Notes under the pieces: model-generated
Told to the model about the DNA's origin: nothing
The model's input: the letters and a program-made list of their open reading frames with translations, nothing else
Database searches by the model: none
Shown here: positions 62,779 through 64,000 of the stretch, in pieces
How positions within the stretch are numbered: position 1 is the stretch's first letter
Layout: each line of letters begins with the position of its first letter
Program-made: the position numbers and the translations under genes
DNA from: Azolla caroliniana
Taxonomy: Eukaryota; Plantae; Polypodiophyta
Assembly: GCA_043228905.1 (NCBI GenBank)
Contig: JBHGNT010000012.1
Coordinates: 4,960,001-5,024,000, forward strand
Reading direction: 5' to 3'
DNA: 64,000 nt

Positions 62779-64000
62779 GTCGCTCTTTGTACAGTAGTTA
62801 TGCACATACAACAATATAACAACATCCAAAGTGATTGCCCTAAGTCATATTTATACTTATATGAACTTAGGGCTATTTACAAATATAGCCTCAATAGGCT
62901 TACTCAAAAACATATTTACAAATATGTCTTCACTTCTAGTTCTCACCGGGTCCATCCAATCCGGTTTCCGGATCTCTTCCGGTTCTCACTGGGTCCACCC
63001 GATCCGGTTTCCGGATCTCTTCATTCATAATCGGATCCCATCTGGAGGGACCGATTTCCCAACAATCTCCCCCTTCACTCCGACATGGGATGTCTCGTTA
63101 GCCCGATCCGCTTTCGGCACGCGTCCAGCTTGTCGGTCGTCAACACCTTGGTCAGCATATCCGACCCGTTCTCCTCCGAGTGGATCTTCGTCGGCACGAA
63201 CTCTTGATCTTCTACTCTCTCCCGGATCCAATGGTACCTCCGCTGGATATGTTTCGTCTGGAATGGTAGGCATCGTTCTTTGCAAGGTGGATGACACTTG
63301 ACTGTCGCAGTAGAGCCGGTATTCCTCTTGCTAGATCCCTAGCTCTCCGATGAAGTCCTTAATCTAGAGTATCTCCTTGCCGGCTTCCACAGTTGCCATG
63401 TACTCCGCCTCCGTGGTTGATAGCGCAACCGTCTTCTGCAGCCTGCATAAGTCATGACATATCCAGATGTAGACTCCCCCCTGCATAAGTCATGACATAT
63501 CCAGATGTAGACTGGTTGGTATCCGCATCAAACAGCATATCCGAATCCGTGAATTTGTCAAGTTGGGGATTACCGGAGCTTAATTGGAGGCACATACTCG
63601 AGGTGACTTTCAGATACCGGAGTATCCACTTGACCGCGTTCCAATGCTCTCTTCCTGGATTGCTCATGAAACCCACTCACTACTCTGACTGCATATCCGA
63701 TATCCGGTCGGGTACATACCATCGCGTACATCAAGCTTCTGACGATAGAGGCATATGGTATCTTCATCATATCCGTCTTCTCCACCTTTGTCCTCAAACT
63801 TTGTTTTCCAGATAGCTTGCAGTTTGCCGAAAGTGTTGATCCGACCGGCTTCGCCTCCGACATGTTGAACCATTGAAGCACCTTTGTCACGTACTTCTCC
63901 TATGACAACCACAACAACTTCTTCGACCAGTTCTGGATGATGTGCATTCCCAGTATCTGTCTTGCCGGACCCAAGTCTTTCATTGAGAAGGTCTGGTTTA
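62481..64000 (-). mobile_element. Second copy of the Copia A family: RT-RNase H plus 3' LTR, running off the window
   Basis: The LTR at 62481-63064 is homologous to 12297-13021 and the PPT is at 63065-63077. Motifs are IPYASIVRSLMYAMVCTRPDI and HWNAVKWILRYL. There is a ~38-bp tandem duplication at 63442-63513. Confidence 0.92.

Overview
This is nuclear DNA from a TE-rich land plant, most likely seed-free (fern-like). That assignment is inferred from a cox1 NUMT that needs both C-to-U and U-to-C editing, and from RTEX-like LINEs. Three intron-containing host genes can be spliced by eye: violaxanthin de-epoxidase (VDE, +, 1297-8515), ESCRT-I subunit VPS37 (+, 31565-48546) and the CCR4-NOT RING/RRM E3 ligase NOT4 (-, 59501-50464). 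Between VDE and VPS37 lies a nested cluster: a decayed L1 holds a hAT MITE and an RT-deleted Copia (12297-28789), which in turn holds a very young Copia (14363-19710) and a GC-rich Ty3/Gypsy element (21371-28695). The Gypsy element is the most unusual object in the window. It has a 4-bp TSD, a tRNA-Trp PBS, a DHG protease, and a predicted -1 frameshift (G GAU UUU plus pseudoknot) between protease and RT. VPS37 introns carry RTEX-like LINEs with a conserved C-terminal PIP-box-like motif, solo LTRs, a decayed Copia, and a ~1 kb NUMT with unedited cox1 bounded by an 8-bp duplication. I found no convincing novel multi-gene system. All coordinates were read by eye and no database search was run.
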